A DNA stretch of 64,000 nucleotides from Deltaproteobacteria bacterium (GTDB taxonomy: Bacteria > Myxococcota_A > Polyangia > DRWM01 > JAAZOP01): assembly GCA_016218815.1 (NCBI GenBank), contig JACRCX010000025.1:237389-301388 (forward strand). The letters are read 5' to 3'. Shown piece by piece: positions 33,471 to 43,937 of this stretch; position 1 is the first letter of the stretch; every line of letters begins with the position of its first letter. The notes beneath the pieces are model-generated. The model worked only from the letters and a program-made list of their open reading frames with translations. It was not told the origin of the DNA and did not search any database. Position numbers and translations under genes: made by a program.

Positions 33471-36098
33471 CTACGGCGCGGGCAGCGTGACCTGGCCGCC
33501 GGGCTCGAGGGTGAGGCGCACCTCCCCGGCGGACTGGAGCAGCAGCCCCTCGAGGTGGACGAGGTCGTTGACCACGGTGCCGTTGACGGCCCGGACGACG
33601 GCGCCGCCGGCGATCCCGGCGGCGGCGGCGGGCTTGCCGGGGGTCGCCGCGCCGACGCGCACCCTTCCGCCCTCGACGGACTGCATCGTCAGGCCCCAGG
33701 TCGCGATCTCGACGGCCTCGCCGACCGGCCGTTCGCCGAACACGCCCTCGTAGCTCACGCCCTCGGGCAGCTCGACGGGCTGCAGGACCCGCAGCGGCTG
33801 TCCGTCGCCCACCACGCGCGACTCGTCCACCGCCACGAAGGCGGTGTAGGGACTCATGAGGCGGAATTCGAGCGCGACGTCGGTGATCTGGCGCTCGAGG
33901 TTCTCCGCGTCGGCCGCGGTTTCGCTCCGCGTGCCGGACAGCTCGGCGATTTTCCAGCGGGCCCACAGGGGCGCGAGCGCCTCGTTGCCCGAGTCGTCCG
34001 CCGGCAGGTCCACCTCGATGGGGAACTGGACGGTGCGGTCCCCGACCCTCCCCTTGACGTACGCCGTGCCGCGCGCCTCGCGGGAATACCGGGCGACCAC
34101 GGCGATCGTCTGCCCGGCGAACAGGTCCCCGATCTCTCGCGGGAAGACGTCCTCCACCGGGAGGCCGTTCCAGTCGATGGAGACGTCCACGAGCACGGGC
34201 GAGTCGATCAGGTCGAACAGCCGTCCGGCCGCGCGCTCCTCGTTTTGCCCTTCGCGGGGCAGCACGACGTGGGAGGCGCCCTTGCCGAACTGCGCGATGC
34301 CGTCGATGAGGTAGCGGTTCACGCTCGAGCCGATCCCGAAGGCGAAGAAGCGGGCCTCGCCCCTCTCGTCCCGGATCGCCTCCAGCACGCTGTCGTCATT
34401 GCCGATGAACCCGTCGGTGAAGAACACGAACATCTGGAGGCGACGGCGGTCGTGCTCGCCGTGCAGCGCGCGGCGGATGCCGTCGAGCATCTCCGTGCCG
34501 CCGCCGCCCTCGAGCTGCGCCAGGAACGCCTTCGCCTCGGACACGTTCGCGACGGTGTTGGGGCGCGGCGTCTGCCACAGCTGCCCGTTGCCGCTGGCGA
34601 AGAAGAAGATGTTGAACAGGTCGTCCGGTCGCAGAGCGTCGAGCGACCGGCGCACGACCCCCGTCGAAAGGTCGAGCGGCGCGCCTTGCATGCTGCCGGA
34701 GACGTCGAGGAGGAACGTGATCTCCCGCGGCATGACCTGCGCATCGGACGCCTCCGCGGGGGGCTGGGCCATCAGCGCCAGGAAGCCGCCTGCCTCGGTG
34801 CGGTGTGTCAACATCCCGAGTTGGAGCGTCTCGCCATCGACGCTCCAGCGCAGCACGAAGTCGCGGTTGGGTATCGTGTCCCTGTCGGATAGCGAGACAA
34901 CGCGCCGGCTCACGTCGTATTCGTCAATCTGGACGCAGTGCGTCGGCGTCACCAGGTCGCGGATCGGCAGGCCGGCGTCGAGCTTCACGGTGATCCCGAT
35001 GTCGTGGCCGCTGCGCTGGTCCGGCCGCAGCACCGGCGGAGTGATCCGGTCGGCGTCGTCGACGAGATCCGTCGCCGGTGACGTGCCGCCCCCGCCCGCC
35101 GGGGAAGCGGCCCCGCCGGTTTCCGCCGCCGCCTGCGGCGAGCCGGGGATGTACCGCGGCCCGACGACCATGGGGAACACGTACTCGTAGTGCCCTTCCT
35201 CGTAGAGCAGGCTCTCGAAGTAGGTGATGCGGATCCGCACTTCGCCGCCCGGCTCGAGGTTGGCGACGCTCTGCGTGAAGATGTTCGGCCGTTCCTGCGT
35301 GAGCAAGCTGGCGGTCTGGCCCCGAGCACGGGCCTCGGCGTAGATCCGCTCGGCCTCCGCCCGCGGCCGGACCAAGCCGACGATCTTCCGGTCGCGGACC
35401 TCCATCACGAAGTCGTTCACCGCCGACATCGCGGGCAGGGGGAAGACGTACACCGCCTCGATCACCTGCTGGAACGGGTTGGTGTACTGCTGCTCGACGA
35501 CCGTCCGCGCGAGGAACCCGCTCACCTCGGCCGTGACCTCGGTGTGCTTCAGCGGGAACTCGCCCGCCTCGGTACCGTCGTCCTTGCGTCCCTGCAGAGT
35601 TCCCTGGGTCGGTTCGGCCGGGTCGATCGACTTGCAGAAGGACGCCTCGGGCGTCCACGGCTCCTTGCCCTCCTGCTTCTCGACGACAATCAGCTCGTCC
35701 GCCTGCTGCAGATCCGTGAGGGCGCCGACCGCGCCGAGGTTCGCGACGGATTCGAGCATCGTCGTCCGCGCCATGTGGGGGTTGGGGAGGTCCGTCGGGC
35801 CCTGGACGCCCGCCATGCGGTCGACCTCCTCGGACTGGCGACCCATTTTGCCCTCGCCGCCCGCGGCACGGGCGCCGGTGCCGCCCTCCTCTTCGTCGTC
35901 GAAACCTCCGACGTAGGCGTCGCAGTCCGGTTTGGGAACCGACGACGGGCACAGCGAGTAGGTCTTCGCGGGAGCTCCGCCCCACGCCTGCGCGACCGGA
36001 CGCCGCGCGGGAGGCGGCGAGCCCTGGGGCGACCGCCTGCAGGCGGGGGCCGACATGCACACCAGCATCGCACATCCGAACATCACGGCACGGAGCAT
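33471..36098 (-). CDS. VIT + von Willebrand factor A domain protein with C-terminal PDZ-like domain
   Basis: The ATG at 36098 follows GGGGAGG. The VIT block is PLKHTEVTAEVSGFLARTVVEQQYTNPF...YVFPLP. The vWA MIDAS block is FLLDVSGSM. The PDZ-like tail is GAVVRAVNGTVVNDL. Confidence 0.8.
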   Translation of the reverse strand: MLRAVMFGCAMLVCMSAPACRRSPQGSPPPARRPVAQAWGGAPAKTYSLCPSSVPKPDCDAYVGGFDDEEEGGTGARAAGGEGKMGRQSEEVDRMAGVQGPTDLPNPHMARTTMLESVANLGAVGALTDLQQADELIVVEKQEGKEPWTPEASFCKSIDPAEPTQGTLQGRKDDGTEAGEFPLKHTEVTAEVSGFLARTVVEQQYTNPFQQVIEAVYVFPLPAMSAVNDFVMEVRDRKIVGLVRPRAEAERIYAEARARGQTASLLTQERPNIFTQSVANLEPGGEVRIRITYFESLLYEEGHYEYVFPMVVGPRYIPGSPQAAAETGGAASPAGGGGTSPATDLVDDADRITPPVLRPDQRSGHDIGITVKLDAGLPIRDLVTPTHCVQIDEYDVSRRVVSLSDRDTIPNRDFVLRWSVDGETLQLGMLTHRTEAGGFLALMAQPPAEASDAQVMPREITFLLDVSGSMQGAPLDLSTGVVRRSLDALRPDDLFNIFFFASGNGQLWQTPRPNTVANVSEAKAFLAQLEGGGGTEMLDGIRRALHGEHDRRRLQMFVFFTDGFIGNDDSVLEAIRDERGEARFFAFGIGSSVNRYLIDGIAQFGKGASHVVLPREGQNEERAAGRLFDLIDSPVLVDVSIDWNGLPVEDVFPREIGDLFAGQTIAVVARYSREARGTAYVKGRVGDRTVQFPIEVDLPADDSGNEALAPLWARWKIAELSGTRSETAADAENLERQITDVALEFRLMSPYTAFVAVDESRVVGDGQPLRVLQPVELPEGVSYEGVFGERPVGEAVEIATWGLTMQSVEGGRVRVGAATPGKPAAAAGIAGGAVVRAVNGTVVNDLVHLEGLLLQSAGEVRLTLEPGGQVTLPAP

Positions 36099-36188
36099 CA
36101 CCACCTCCCCACCGGCGACAGGGTGCGGACGCCGGCCACGCCTAGACGACCCGTCGGCCGGGAGGTTCCCGTCGACGCCGAAGGTATG

Positions 36189-38624
36189 TCAAGGCAGCGG
36201 CTGGTCAGCGGCGGCCGGGGGGCAGGGAACGCGGTACGAGCAGGTCCACGGGGCGGCGACGGGGGGGGAGGACTCGATCGCGGCGCGCCAGGCCTCGTCG
36301 GCGAGGCGCGAGGCGATCGGCGCGCGGAACTCGAAGTAGGACAGGACGGGACCCGCGGCCAGGAACAGGGCGGAAGAGCCCGGGACCCGCACGGCGGCGA
36401 CGAGGAGCTCGAGCGGTCCGCTCGCTTCTTCCAGCACCTCGTTCGCGTCGACGTTGGTCATCACGTCGGCGACGAGCGTCGTGCGCAGGTCGACCGCGGG
36501 GCGGCCGTCGCCGGTCGCCAGCAGGTGCGCGACCTGCGCGAGGAGACCGCCACACACGCCGGGGAGGGACGCGAGGAATGCGCGATCGTCGGCGGTCGCG
36601 GGACGGTCCTCGACCTCCGCGACGGCGATGGCGGTGAGCCGCCCGAACAGGCCGTCGAAGGCATCGAGCACCGCGGCGGCCTCGCCACCGTCCTCCACGA
36701 GGCGCATGTCGGCCAGGGCGCGGAGCGTCATGCGCGTGAGGGCCTGGAGCTTCGCGAAGACCTCGGGATAGGGATCGACGAACGCGGGCGGCGGCTCGGC
36801 CGCCGGGGGGACCGGCATTCCCTTCGGCGCCGTCGCCTGCTTGACGTAGAGGATCGTGTCGTGGCGCAGCGTGGCCCAGGAGGCGAGCGCGCCGTCGAGG
36901 AGGCGGTCGCTCCACGCCGGCGTGGTCTGGAACGCCTGGGTGGCCGGCGCGGCCGGCCCGACGGTCTCGCGCAGCGCGTCGAGCCACGCCCAGTAGAGGT
37001 TGGAGTGCCAGCGCACGTCGCCCGCCGGCGGAAACACCTCGGCCGCCCCGGCAAGCGCCGCGTCGTACCCGTCGTACGCGTCGTCCCCCATGCTCGCGAG
37101 ATGCCCCCGGGCCGTCGGGGCGCCGAGCAGCGTCATCACGTCCAGGCCGCGACTGAAGCCGCGCACCGGACCGGCGGCGCCAGCGACGAGCGTGAACGGG
37201 GTCCCCTCGCCGCGGTGGAGGGTGACGTTCGGGAACGCCAGCCGCGCCATCGCTTCGGCGTCTGGGACGTAGCGCTGGCCGAAGAGGCGCAGGCCGACGT
37301 AAGGGAGGATCGCCTGGTCGGCGGGGGTGAGCTGTTCGGCGAGCGGTGGAGGTTCGGCGGGCGCCTCGCCCTCCTCGAACACGACGCCGCCCTGGAGCTT
37401 CGGCACGCGCTGGGCCGCGATCTGGAGGCGCAGGGCTTCCAGGCGATCGGGCTTGTCGAGGGCGGAGACCGACCAGAGCTCGCCGAGCGCGCGCTCGGCG
37501 GCGGCGGCGACCTCGATCGGCGTCAGGTCGTCGGCGAAGCCGGCGAAGAATGCAGTGGTGCGGTAGATGCGCGACCACGCGTGCAGGGCCGCGGTGCCGT
37601 CGACTTGCGCCTCGCGCAACCACTGCACGAAGAGCAGCGACTGGGCGGCGAAGCGCCGCGCGAGGGGCCGCGAGACCAGTCCGCGCGGCTCCGGGTCGTC
37701 CTCGGCGCGCACGAGGAACGTCATCCGGCCGAGCCACATCATGGCGCGGAAGTAGCGCGTCAGGGCCTCGGTGCGCGTGTAGTGCCCGCGCGGCACGTAC
37801 TGCGTGTAGTCCTCGTCGATGCCGAAGACCGGGCTGGGCGCGGAGCCCGCGCGGGCGTCGATCAGCGCGACCTCGGCCTCGACGTCGGCGCGCACGCGAT
37901 CGTCGGCGGTCGCGGACGGGTTGAGGAGCCGGCGGGCGGTGTCGAGGACCGCGAGATTGCGCAGGGCGGCCTCGCCGACGATGCCGGCCGTCGCCGAAGC
38001 CTCCGCGGCCCGGGCGCGCAGGGCGTCGAGCAGCCGGCCCAGGAGCGGGGACAGGGATTCCGTCTCGAGCTTCATGAGCAGGCCGTCGAAGGCGAGGTGG
38101 TACAGGTGGAGGGCGGCGTCGACGGAGACGTAGAGCGGCAGGTCGCCCGGTGCGGCGTCGAGCGACTCGAACGCGTCGCCCAGGTCGTCGAAGCGGAAGC
38201 CGGGATTCGAGGCGACGACGACGAAGCCGGATTGCCGCAGGCGCTCCAGCGCCTCCGCGTCCACGCCGAGGCCCGCGAGCGTCGTGTCGATGGCCGGGTT
38301 GCGCGGAAGGTCCGCCAGGGGCAGCGGCGGCGGCGCGCCGGCGGCGCGATAGGCGGGCGCTTCGTAGGCGTAGAACTGCTCGAAGCCGGACGGGGCGCCC
38401 ATGCCTCCGTGGACCGCCTGGCCCAGCGATGCGGGCGGCTCGGCCGCCGGGGGAACGCCCCGACCGGCGTCGCCCTTCCCTTCCGCGGCGTCGGGCGGCG
38501 GGCCGGCCTCCGCCGGCGGCGCGGCCTCGGCGGCTCGCGCCGGCGGCACGTCGGCCGACGGCGAGACCTTGCGGGAGCAGGCGGCGGCGAGGGCGACGAG
38601 CAGACAGGCAAGAAGGAACCGCAT
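36189..38624 (-). CDS. DUF3160-family lipoprotein
   Basis: Lipobox VALAAACSRK. YVPRGHYTRTEALTRYFRAMMWLGR resembles the DUF3160 core. Confidence 0.6.
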   Translation of the reverse strand: MRFLLACLLVALAAACSRKVSPSADVPPARAAEAAPPAEAGPPPDAAEGKGDAGRGVPPAAEPPASLGQAVHGGMGAPSGFEQFYAYEAPAYRAAGAPPPLPLADLPRNPAIDTTLAGLGVDAEALERLRQSGFVVVASNPGFRFDDLGDAFESLDAAPGDLPLYVSVDAALHLYHLAFDGLLMKLETESLSPLLGRLLDALRARAAEASATAGIVGEAALRNLAVLDTARRLLNPSATADDRVRADVEAEVALIDARAGSAPSPVFGIDEDYTQYVPRGHYTRTEALTRYFRAMMWLGRMTFLVRAEDDPEPRGLVSRPLARRFAAQSLLFVQWLREAQVDGTAALHAWSRIYRTTAFFAGFADDLTPIEVAAAAERALGELWSVSALDKPDRLEALRLQIAAQRVPKLQGGVVFEEGEAPAEPPPLAEQLTPADQAILPYVGLRLFGQRYVPDAEAMARLAFPNVTLHRGEGTPFTLVAGAAGPVRGFSRGLDVMTLLGAPTARGHLASMGDDAYDGYDAALAGAAEVFPPAGDVRWHSNLYWAWLDALRETVGPAAPATQAFQTTPAWSDRLLDGALASWATLRHDTILYVKQATAPKGMPVPPAAEPPPAFVDPYPEVFAKLQALTRMTLRALADMRLVEDGGEAAAVLDAFDGLFGRLTAIAVAEVEDRPATADDRAFLASLPGVCGGLLAQVAHLLATGDGRPAVDLRTTLVADVMTNVDANEVLEEASGPLELLVAAVRVPGSSALFLAAGPVLSYFEFRAPIASRLADEAWRAAIESSPPVAAPWTCSYRVPCPPAAADQPLP

Positions 38625-38634
38625 GCGCCTTCGC

Positions 38635-39579
38635 CTACCGCCCGGGGCCGGGCTCGTCCCAGACGAAGAGCCATTTCACGCCGAGGTAGACGCCGTAGAA
38701 GATCCAGCCGAGCGGGCCGGGCGAGGATTCCTCGGGCGGTTCGTACTCCTGGACGAACCAGACGGTGATCGTGGCGTCCTGGACGCGGTCGCGCAGGAAG
38801 CGCAGTTTCCCGCGGAGCTCCTCGATCTCGAGGGTCACGCGCTCCAACTCGCGTTCGACGAGCAGCGCGTCCTCGACGGTCTCGGCCATTTCCAACAGGG
38901 CAAGGTAGCGCAAGCGCACGGCCAAGGCGTTGCGGAGGCGGACGTTGAGGTCGAAATACTGCTCGGTGACGTCCTCGCCGCTGACCTCGCGCTCGACCGC
39001 ATTCCCGAGCTGCGCGATCGCCTCGAGGACCTGCTCGAACGACTCGTTCGGGACGCGGATGACGATGGAGGTTTCGGACGAGGACGAGACGTAGCCGCCG
39101 AAGCGGCCGGCGATCTCGGTGACCTTGGCCGGACCGTCCTCGGGCGGGTCCAGCTCGAGGCGCAGCGTCCCGGTCTTGATCACGAGCCGTTCGGACGGCG
39201 GGGTGACCTCGGGCAGCGCGATTTCCTCCCAGGTCTGACCCGGGGCGCCTTCATCCGGGGCGCCGGCCGCGTCGGTCGCGACGCTTCCATCGGCGCCGAC
39301 GGTGCCCGGACCCGCGGGCCCGGTGGGCCCGGGCGCGACGCCGGCCCGATCCCCGGCGGCCTGGTCGACCTGCGCCAGGACCAGCGCATCGGGCTCGGAG
39401 TAGCCCATGCCCGGCAAGGCCCACGAGTCGTAGCCGCCGGCAGTCTCCTGCATTCCGTAGGTCGCCCGCGTCGCCTCGCCGGCGTACATCGGCCCGGCGC
39501 AGGCTGCGAGCGACGCCGACGCGAGCAGGGCGGCGCAAGGCGCCGCGACGCAATCGAGCCACGACCGTTTCGCGTCCAT
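38635..39579 (-). CDS. DUF4349-domain lipoprotein
   Basis: The ATG at 39579 follows GGGAGG, and there is a lipobox ASLAACAG. A coiled-coil segment (VTEQYFDLNVRLRNA...LEIEELRGKLRFLRDRV) is followed by a C-terminal TM, which is typical of DUF4349. Confidence 0.6.
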   Translation of the reverse strand: MDAKRSWLDCVAAPCAALLASASLAACAGPMYAGEATRATYGMQETAGGYDSWALPGMGYSEPDALVLAQVDQAAGDRAGVAPGPTGPAGPGTVGADGSVATDAAGAPDEGAPGQTWEEIALPEVTPPSERLVIKTGTLRLELDPPEDGPAKVTEIAGRFGGYVSSSSETSIVIRVPNESFEQVLEAIAQLGNAVEREVSGEDVTEQYFDLNVRLRNALAVRLRYLALLEMAETVEDALLVERELERVTLEIEELRGKLRFLRDRVQDATITVWFVQEYEPPEESSPGPLGWIFYGVYLGVKWLFVWDEPGPGR

Positions 39580-39616
39580 GACCGGACCTCCCTGGGGCGC
39601 CCGCGGTGGAGCGTGT

Positions 39617-41749
39617 CTACGGTGTAGCGAAGGACGGGGCGGGGTGCAAGGGTCGAACCCGGTACAGGCCGAACACCGCGCGCTCGGGCAGCGAGGGATC
39701 CGCGTAGCTTCCGCGCAGGGTCGCCGTCGTCTCCTCGATCGGGGACAACCGGACCGCCGCCTCGAAGGTCGCGCAGGGCTCCCGGAGCCGTCCGACACGA
39801 CCGCCGTCCGGCTCGGGGAGGCCGTTGGGCGGGCGCCAGCACATGCCGCTGCGCAGGTAGAGCAGACAGCCCCCTTCGCGCGCGGCGGCGACACAGTCCC
39901 GGATGCTGCAGTCGATGCCGCGGACGTTCGGCACGACGACCTCGGGGTTGAACAGCCCGCGATCGCCCGTTCCACGGACGAACGCCAAGCGGCATTCGCC
40001 GCGCGGCAGCCCCGCCACGTGGTCGGCCAGCAGACGGTACTCGGTGTTGAACGCGTACTCCTGGAACATCACGGGGGCGCCGAGCAGCGCGACCGACGCG
40101 ACGGCCGCGGCCAGCAGCGGGGGGCCGGCACGTCTTCGCCATTGCGGGGCCAGCCGTTCGACGAGCCACGCGGCGCCGACGCCGGCGACGGCGACCTGGA
40201 GGAGGAAAGCAGGCGAGGCGCGATGCATCAACAGGGGCGACATCACGCTGACCTGCCGCAGGCCGACGAGGGCGACGAGGAGCCAGCCGCCGGCGAGCCA
40301 CAGGACGGCGCGTCGGCGCCGGTCGAGGAGCCCGGCCGCGAGCCCGGCGCCGAACAGCGCGCCGAGGACGGGACCGCTCCACGGCGCCTCCCAGCCGGCG
40401 ATGCGGATCGCGCCGAGGAGGCGCGCCTGGAGACCCTCGACGCCGGCCTCCCGGGCCAGTCCCGTCGTGAACGCCTCGACCTCGGTCGACCAGCGGGACA
40501 GCTTGTAGAGGTACTGCAGGCCGACCAGCACTGCGATGATCGCGAGCCCCGCGACGAGCGCCCAGCGGACGGCGAGCAGGCGGCGGAGGGCGTCCCGGCC
40601 GAGCAGCAGGGGGGTGACCGCGAGGTAGATCGGGCCCTCGACGCGGAACGTCGCGGCCAGGGCGAGGAACACGAGGCCGGCGAAGGCGCGCCGGCCGTCG
40701 AGCTGCCGGTGCGAGAGGATGGCCAGGCCCGTGCACCAGCAGAGCAGCAGCAGAGCGAAGTGGGCGTCGGTGGGTGCGATGCGGACGAGCGTCGGATGCA
40801 CCGAGAACAGCAGCGCGGCGGCCAGGGCGGCGAAGCGGTCGTCGGTCCGGCGGAGGACGAACAGGTACAGCGGGGCCACGGTGAGCGCGCCAGCGACGGC
40901 GTTGAACCGGAGCAGACCGCCGAGCGGATCGGACGTGAGGATCAGCGACATCATCTTGAACAGCGGGTAGACGATCGAGTGCTTGTCGGAGAAGAGGCCG
41001 TCGAGAGACGGCGGGTCGAAGTACAGGGTGACGTCGCTGTTGGCGTGGCGCGCGAGGAACAGGCGCAGGACCAGGGCGACGGCGAAGGCGCCGAGCAGGG
41101 CCAGATCCCGCCGCACGAAGTCCGGGCGCCCGAGCATCCCGGTCGCGCACGCCCAGAGAAACGCGCAGAGCAGGCCGAACAGGCCGAGCATCAGCCACGA
41201 GTTCGCCTCCGCGCCGGCGAACCGTTCCACGCTCCCGGCGAACGAGTCGCTTTCCGTGATCGCGTACGGAAAGCGGAACGGAGGCTCGGGGAACAACGTG
41301 TCCAGGACGCCGCGCAGGCGCCGGAGCAGATCCTCGCGCCGCTCGGGCGTGACCGTGCCGGTCGCGCGGATCCGGTAGCGTTCCCCGCCGCCGGTGGACA
41401 GCCAGAGCTCGACGGCGAGGGCCGCGGCGGGCGGGCAGCGGAAGTCGAAGTGGAACGTGTCGAGTTCGACGGCGACGCCGTCCAGCCGGCAACCGCCCCA
41501 ACGTTCGTCGGGCTCCGGCGTGGAGTAGGGAGCGAAACGCTCGGCCGTGCCTTCGGGCAGGACCAGGCCGGAGGTCGGGGAGAACCCGCCGGCGCGGCGG
41601 AACGGTCCCCGGCCCCAGGCCAGACCGGTGAGCAGCAGGGCGATGGCCAGGAACCCCGCCACGCGCAGCACGAGCAGGACCACGGCGCGGCGGCGGGAGC
41701 GTCGGTCGCGTCCGTCGTCTTCCGCAGGGTGATCCGCGAGCGTCGTCAC
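39617..41749 (-). CDS. Polytopic membrane protein, possible GT-C/ArnT-like glycosyltransferase
   Basis: There are more than 10 hydrophobic segments (e.g. LMLGLFGLLCAFLWACATG, LAGGWLLVALVGL) plus a soluble C-terminal domain. The GTG at 41749 is only one candidate start, and the function is inferred from topology alone. Confidence 0.5.
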   Translation of the reverse strand: MTTLADHPAEDDGRDRRSRRRAVVLLVLRVAGFLAIALLLTGLAWGRGPFRRAGGFSPTSGLVLPEGTAERFAPYSTPEPDERWGGCRLDGVAVELDTFHFDFRCPPAAALAVELWLSTGGGERYRIRATGTVTPERREDLLRRLRGVLDTLFPEPPFRFPYAITESDSFAGSVERFAGAEANSWLMLGLFGLLCAFLWACATGMLGRPDFVRRDLALLGAFAVALVLRLFLARHANSDVTLYFDPPSLDGLFSDKHSIVYPLFKMMSLILTSDPLGGLLRFNAVAGALTVAPLYLFVLRRTDDRFAALAAALLFSVHPTLVRIAPTDAHFALLLLCWCTGLAILSHRQLDGRRAFAGLVFLALAATFRVEGPIYLAVTPLLLGRDALRRLLAVRWALVAGLAIIAVLVGLQYLYKLSRWSTEVEAFTTGLAREAGVEGLQARLLGAIRIAGWEAPWSGPVLGALFGAGLAAGLLDRRRRAVLWLAGGWLLVALVGLRQVSVMSPLLMHRASPAFLLQVAVAGVGAAWLVERLAPQWRRRAGPPLLAAAVASVALLGAPVMFQEYAFNTEYRLLADHVAGLPRGECRLAFVRGTGDRGLFNPEVVVPNVRGIDCSIRDCVAAAREGGCLLYLRSGMCWRPPNGLPEPDGGRVGRLREPCATFEAAVRLSPIEETTATLRGSYADPSLPERAVFGLYRVRPLHPAPSFATP

Positions 41750-41760
41750 GGAGGTCGGGC

Positions 41761-42630
41761 TCAGGAGAACGAGACGCCCTTGTACGTTGGGGCGGGGACC
41801 GGAGGTCCGTCCCAGTGCGGCGGGGGAGGAGGAGGAGGCGGAGGAGGCGGAGCGGCCTCGAGCGTGACGCCGTCGGCGTCGGTTTCCCCGGGCGCGCCGC
41901 CCGCGACGTCCGCCGGAGGCGGCGGAGGAGGAGGCGGAGCCGCGAGGTCGACCGCTGCCGTCCCGGCATCGGCCTCGGGAGCGGGGAGTCCGCATTCCGC
42001 GCCGGGTTGGAGCATCGCCTCGAGGGTCCTGGCAATCACCTCGGGGGTCGCCTCACGAAACAGCGCCATGAGATCGGTGTGCCGCTGCGGTGCGAGGTCC
42101 GGGACGCACGCGCGCAGGCCGGACTTCTGATCCTCGGTCAGTGTCGATTGCTCGACGTACGCGGACAGCGAGGTCATGGGCGGCGCGACGTCGGTCGTGG
42201 AGCCGTTGCCCGTGGACGAGCGTTTGCAGGCGAGGCCGCCGCCGAACAGCAGCAGGCACGCGGCCAACGGCGCGCTCAGGCGCGGCAGCACGCGGCGCAA
42301 CGCTCCGGGCTCCGGACGGGACGGCAATCCGCCGAGCGCACGCTGCAACTCCGCCACGAGGTCTTCGACGCGCGCCCGGCCGAGCAGCTCGGCGGACGGA
42401 TCGGCGAGCCCGGTGCGGGGATCGCGCGCGGCATCGGCGCGCAGCTCGTCGACCAGCGGGGCGAAAGCGCGCCAGAACGCGGGATCGTCGCGCCGTGCGT
42501 GCAGGGCGACCCACAGCGCGTCCAACACGTCGTCCAGCGTCGCCCACGCGGGCATCGGCTCTCCGGCATGCCCCAGGAACCCTCGCAGCCGCTGGGTCAC
42601 GGTCGGTCGCAGGTACGGTCCTTCGTGCAT
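41761..42630 (-). CDS. Single-pass membrane protein with cytoplasmic N-domain and Pro-rich periplasmic tail (anti-sigma-like architecture)
   Basis: ATG at 42630, TM segment PLAACLLLFGGGLAC, and two poly-Pro runs (PPPPPPPP and PPPPPPPPPPPP). The first ~470 codons of the track ORF are compositional junk. Confidence 0.55.
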   Translation of the reverse strand: MHEGPYLRPTVTQRLRGFLGHAGEPMPAWATLDDVLDALWVALHARRDDPAFWRAFAPLVDELRADAARDPRTGLADPSAELLGRARVEDLVAELQRALGGLPSRPEPGALRRVLPRLSAPLAACLLLFGGGLACKRSSTGNGSTTDVAPPMTSLSAYVEQSTLTEDQKSGLRACVPDLAPQRHTDLMALFREATPEVIARTLEAMLQPGAECGLPAPEADAGTAAVDLAAPPPPPPPPADVAGGAPGETDADGVTLEAAPPPPPPPPPPPHWDGPPVPAPTYKGVSFS

Positions 42631-42776
42631 CGCGACACCCCTTTCCGCTCCAGTCGCCAGCGTAGGCCACTCGGGCGTTGACGTACAAGACCGGCGGGAC
42701 TCGGCGCCGATGGGGACCCGGCGAGGCGGACGCCGTCCGACGCGCCCCGGACGGCCGCGCGCACGCGTGCGGCCTG

Positions 42777-43937
42777 CTAGGCGCCGGCAGCGAGCGGAGC
42801 GCGGAGGGTCACTCGCGTGCCGCGGCCGGGCGCGGACTCGACCACGGCGCCTCCGCCGACGTGGGACAGCCGTTCCTGGATGCTGAACAGGCCGAAGCCG
42901 CGCGGTTCGGCCAGAATCGACGGATCGAATCCGACGCCGTCGTCCGCCACGACGAGCCGGATGCTCCCTGCCTCCCGCGCCATGGTGACCGTGACGGCCC
43001 TGGCGGCGGCGTGCTTCAGCACGTTCATCAGCAGTTCCCGTACGGCCCGGAAGAGGACGCCGGCGATCGCTTCGCCGAGAGGCTTCGCGCCGCCTTCGTC
43101 GACGCAGCGACAGGGCAAGGCGTGGAGTCGCCCGAACTGGTCGCAGAGGGACGCCAAGGCCGCCTCCAGGCCGAGCATCCGGAGGGATGGGGGCTCGAGT
43201 TGCTCGGTCAAGCCGCGGATCTGCGCGACGGCCTGTTCGAGCAGGCCGCGAACGTCGTCCAGGTGGCCGGCCAACCGCGGGGACGTCGCGTCCGAGCGCA
43301 GCTCCCCGAGCCGCAGCAGGGCCAAGGCGAGGTTTTGCGCCACGTCGTCGTGGAGCCGTTCGGCGAGTCGGGCCTGCTGCCGCTGTTCCACGAGAGACAG
43401 TTCGTAGTTCAGGGCGCGGAGCCTCCGCCGGCTGGATGCCAGCTCGAGCTCGGCCTGCTTGCGGCGCGTGATGTCGGTCGCGACGCCGACGCCGCCGACG
43501 ACTCGGCCCTCCGCGTCGCGCAGCGGGACGAACTGGTTGTCGAAGATCCTGCCATTCAGCTCGGTCTCCGCGGAGATGGTCTCTCCGGCGAGGATCCTGC
43601 GCAGCACGGTGCCGCCGTCCGACGTGACCCCCGTGTCCAGCAGGAGCGGGAGTCGATCGTAGAGCGCGAAGGCCGAAACCCCGACATTGTCGCCGGGTTT
43701 CATCCCGGTCCCCGCGATGGCCCGGCCCTCGTGCAAGGTGAAGATGCCCCGATCGTCGAAAGCGAAGATGCTGACGGGGGCGCTGTCCAGGACGAGGCGG
43801 AGCTGCCGCCCCGGCTCGAGCAGAGCCTGCGACTCCCGCTCGCGCTCGGCGGCCGCCACCTCCAACTCGGCCACCCGCGAGCGCAGGGCCGCGAATTCCT
43901 CGTCGATCGGCTTCGGGGTCCTCGAGTCGTCTGTCAT
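42777..43937 (-). CDS. Cytoplasmic PAS-containing sensor histidine kinase (HisKA_3/NarL-partner type)
   Basis: ATG at 43937. A PAS-like region (SIFAFDDRGIFTLHEG...) is followed by the H-box ERLHDDVAQNL. The HATPase blocks are RELLMNVLKHA and ADDGVGFD...GFGL. Confidence 0.8.
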   Translation of the reverse strand: MTDDSRTPKPIDEEFAALRSRVAELEVAAAERERESQALLEPGRQLRLVLDSAPVSIFAFDDRGIFTLHEGRAIAGTGMKPGDNVGVSAFALYDRLPLLLDTGVTSDGGTVLRRILAGETISAETELNGRIFDNQFVPLRDAEGRVVGGVGVATDITRRKQAELELASSRRRLRALNYELSLVEQRQQARLAERLHDDVAQNLALALLRLGELRSDATSPRLAGHLDDVRGLLEQAVAQIRGLTEQLEPPSLRMLGLEAALASLCDQFGRLHALPCRCVDEGGAKPLGEAIAGVLFRAVRELLMNVLKHAAARAVTVTMAREAGSIRLVVADDGVGFDPSILAEPRGFGLFSIQERLSHVGGGAVVESAPGRGTRVTLRAPLAAGA

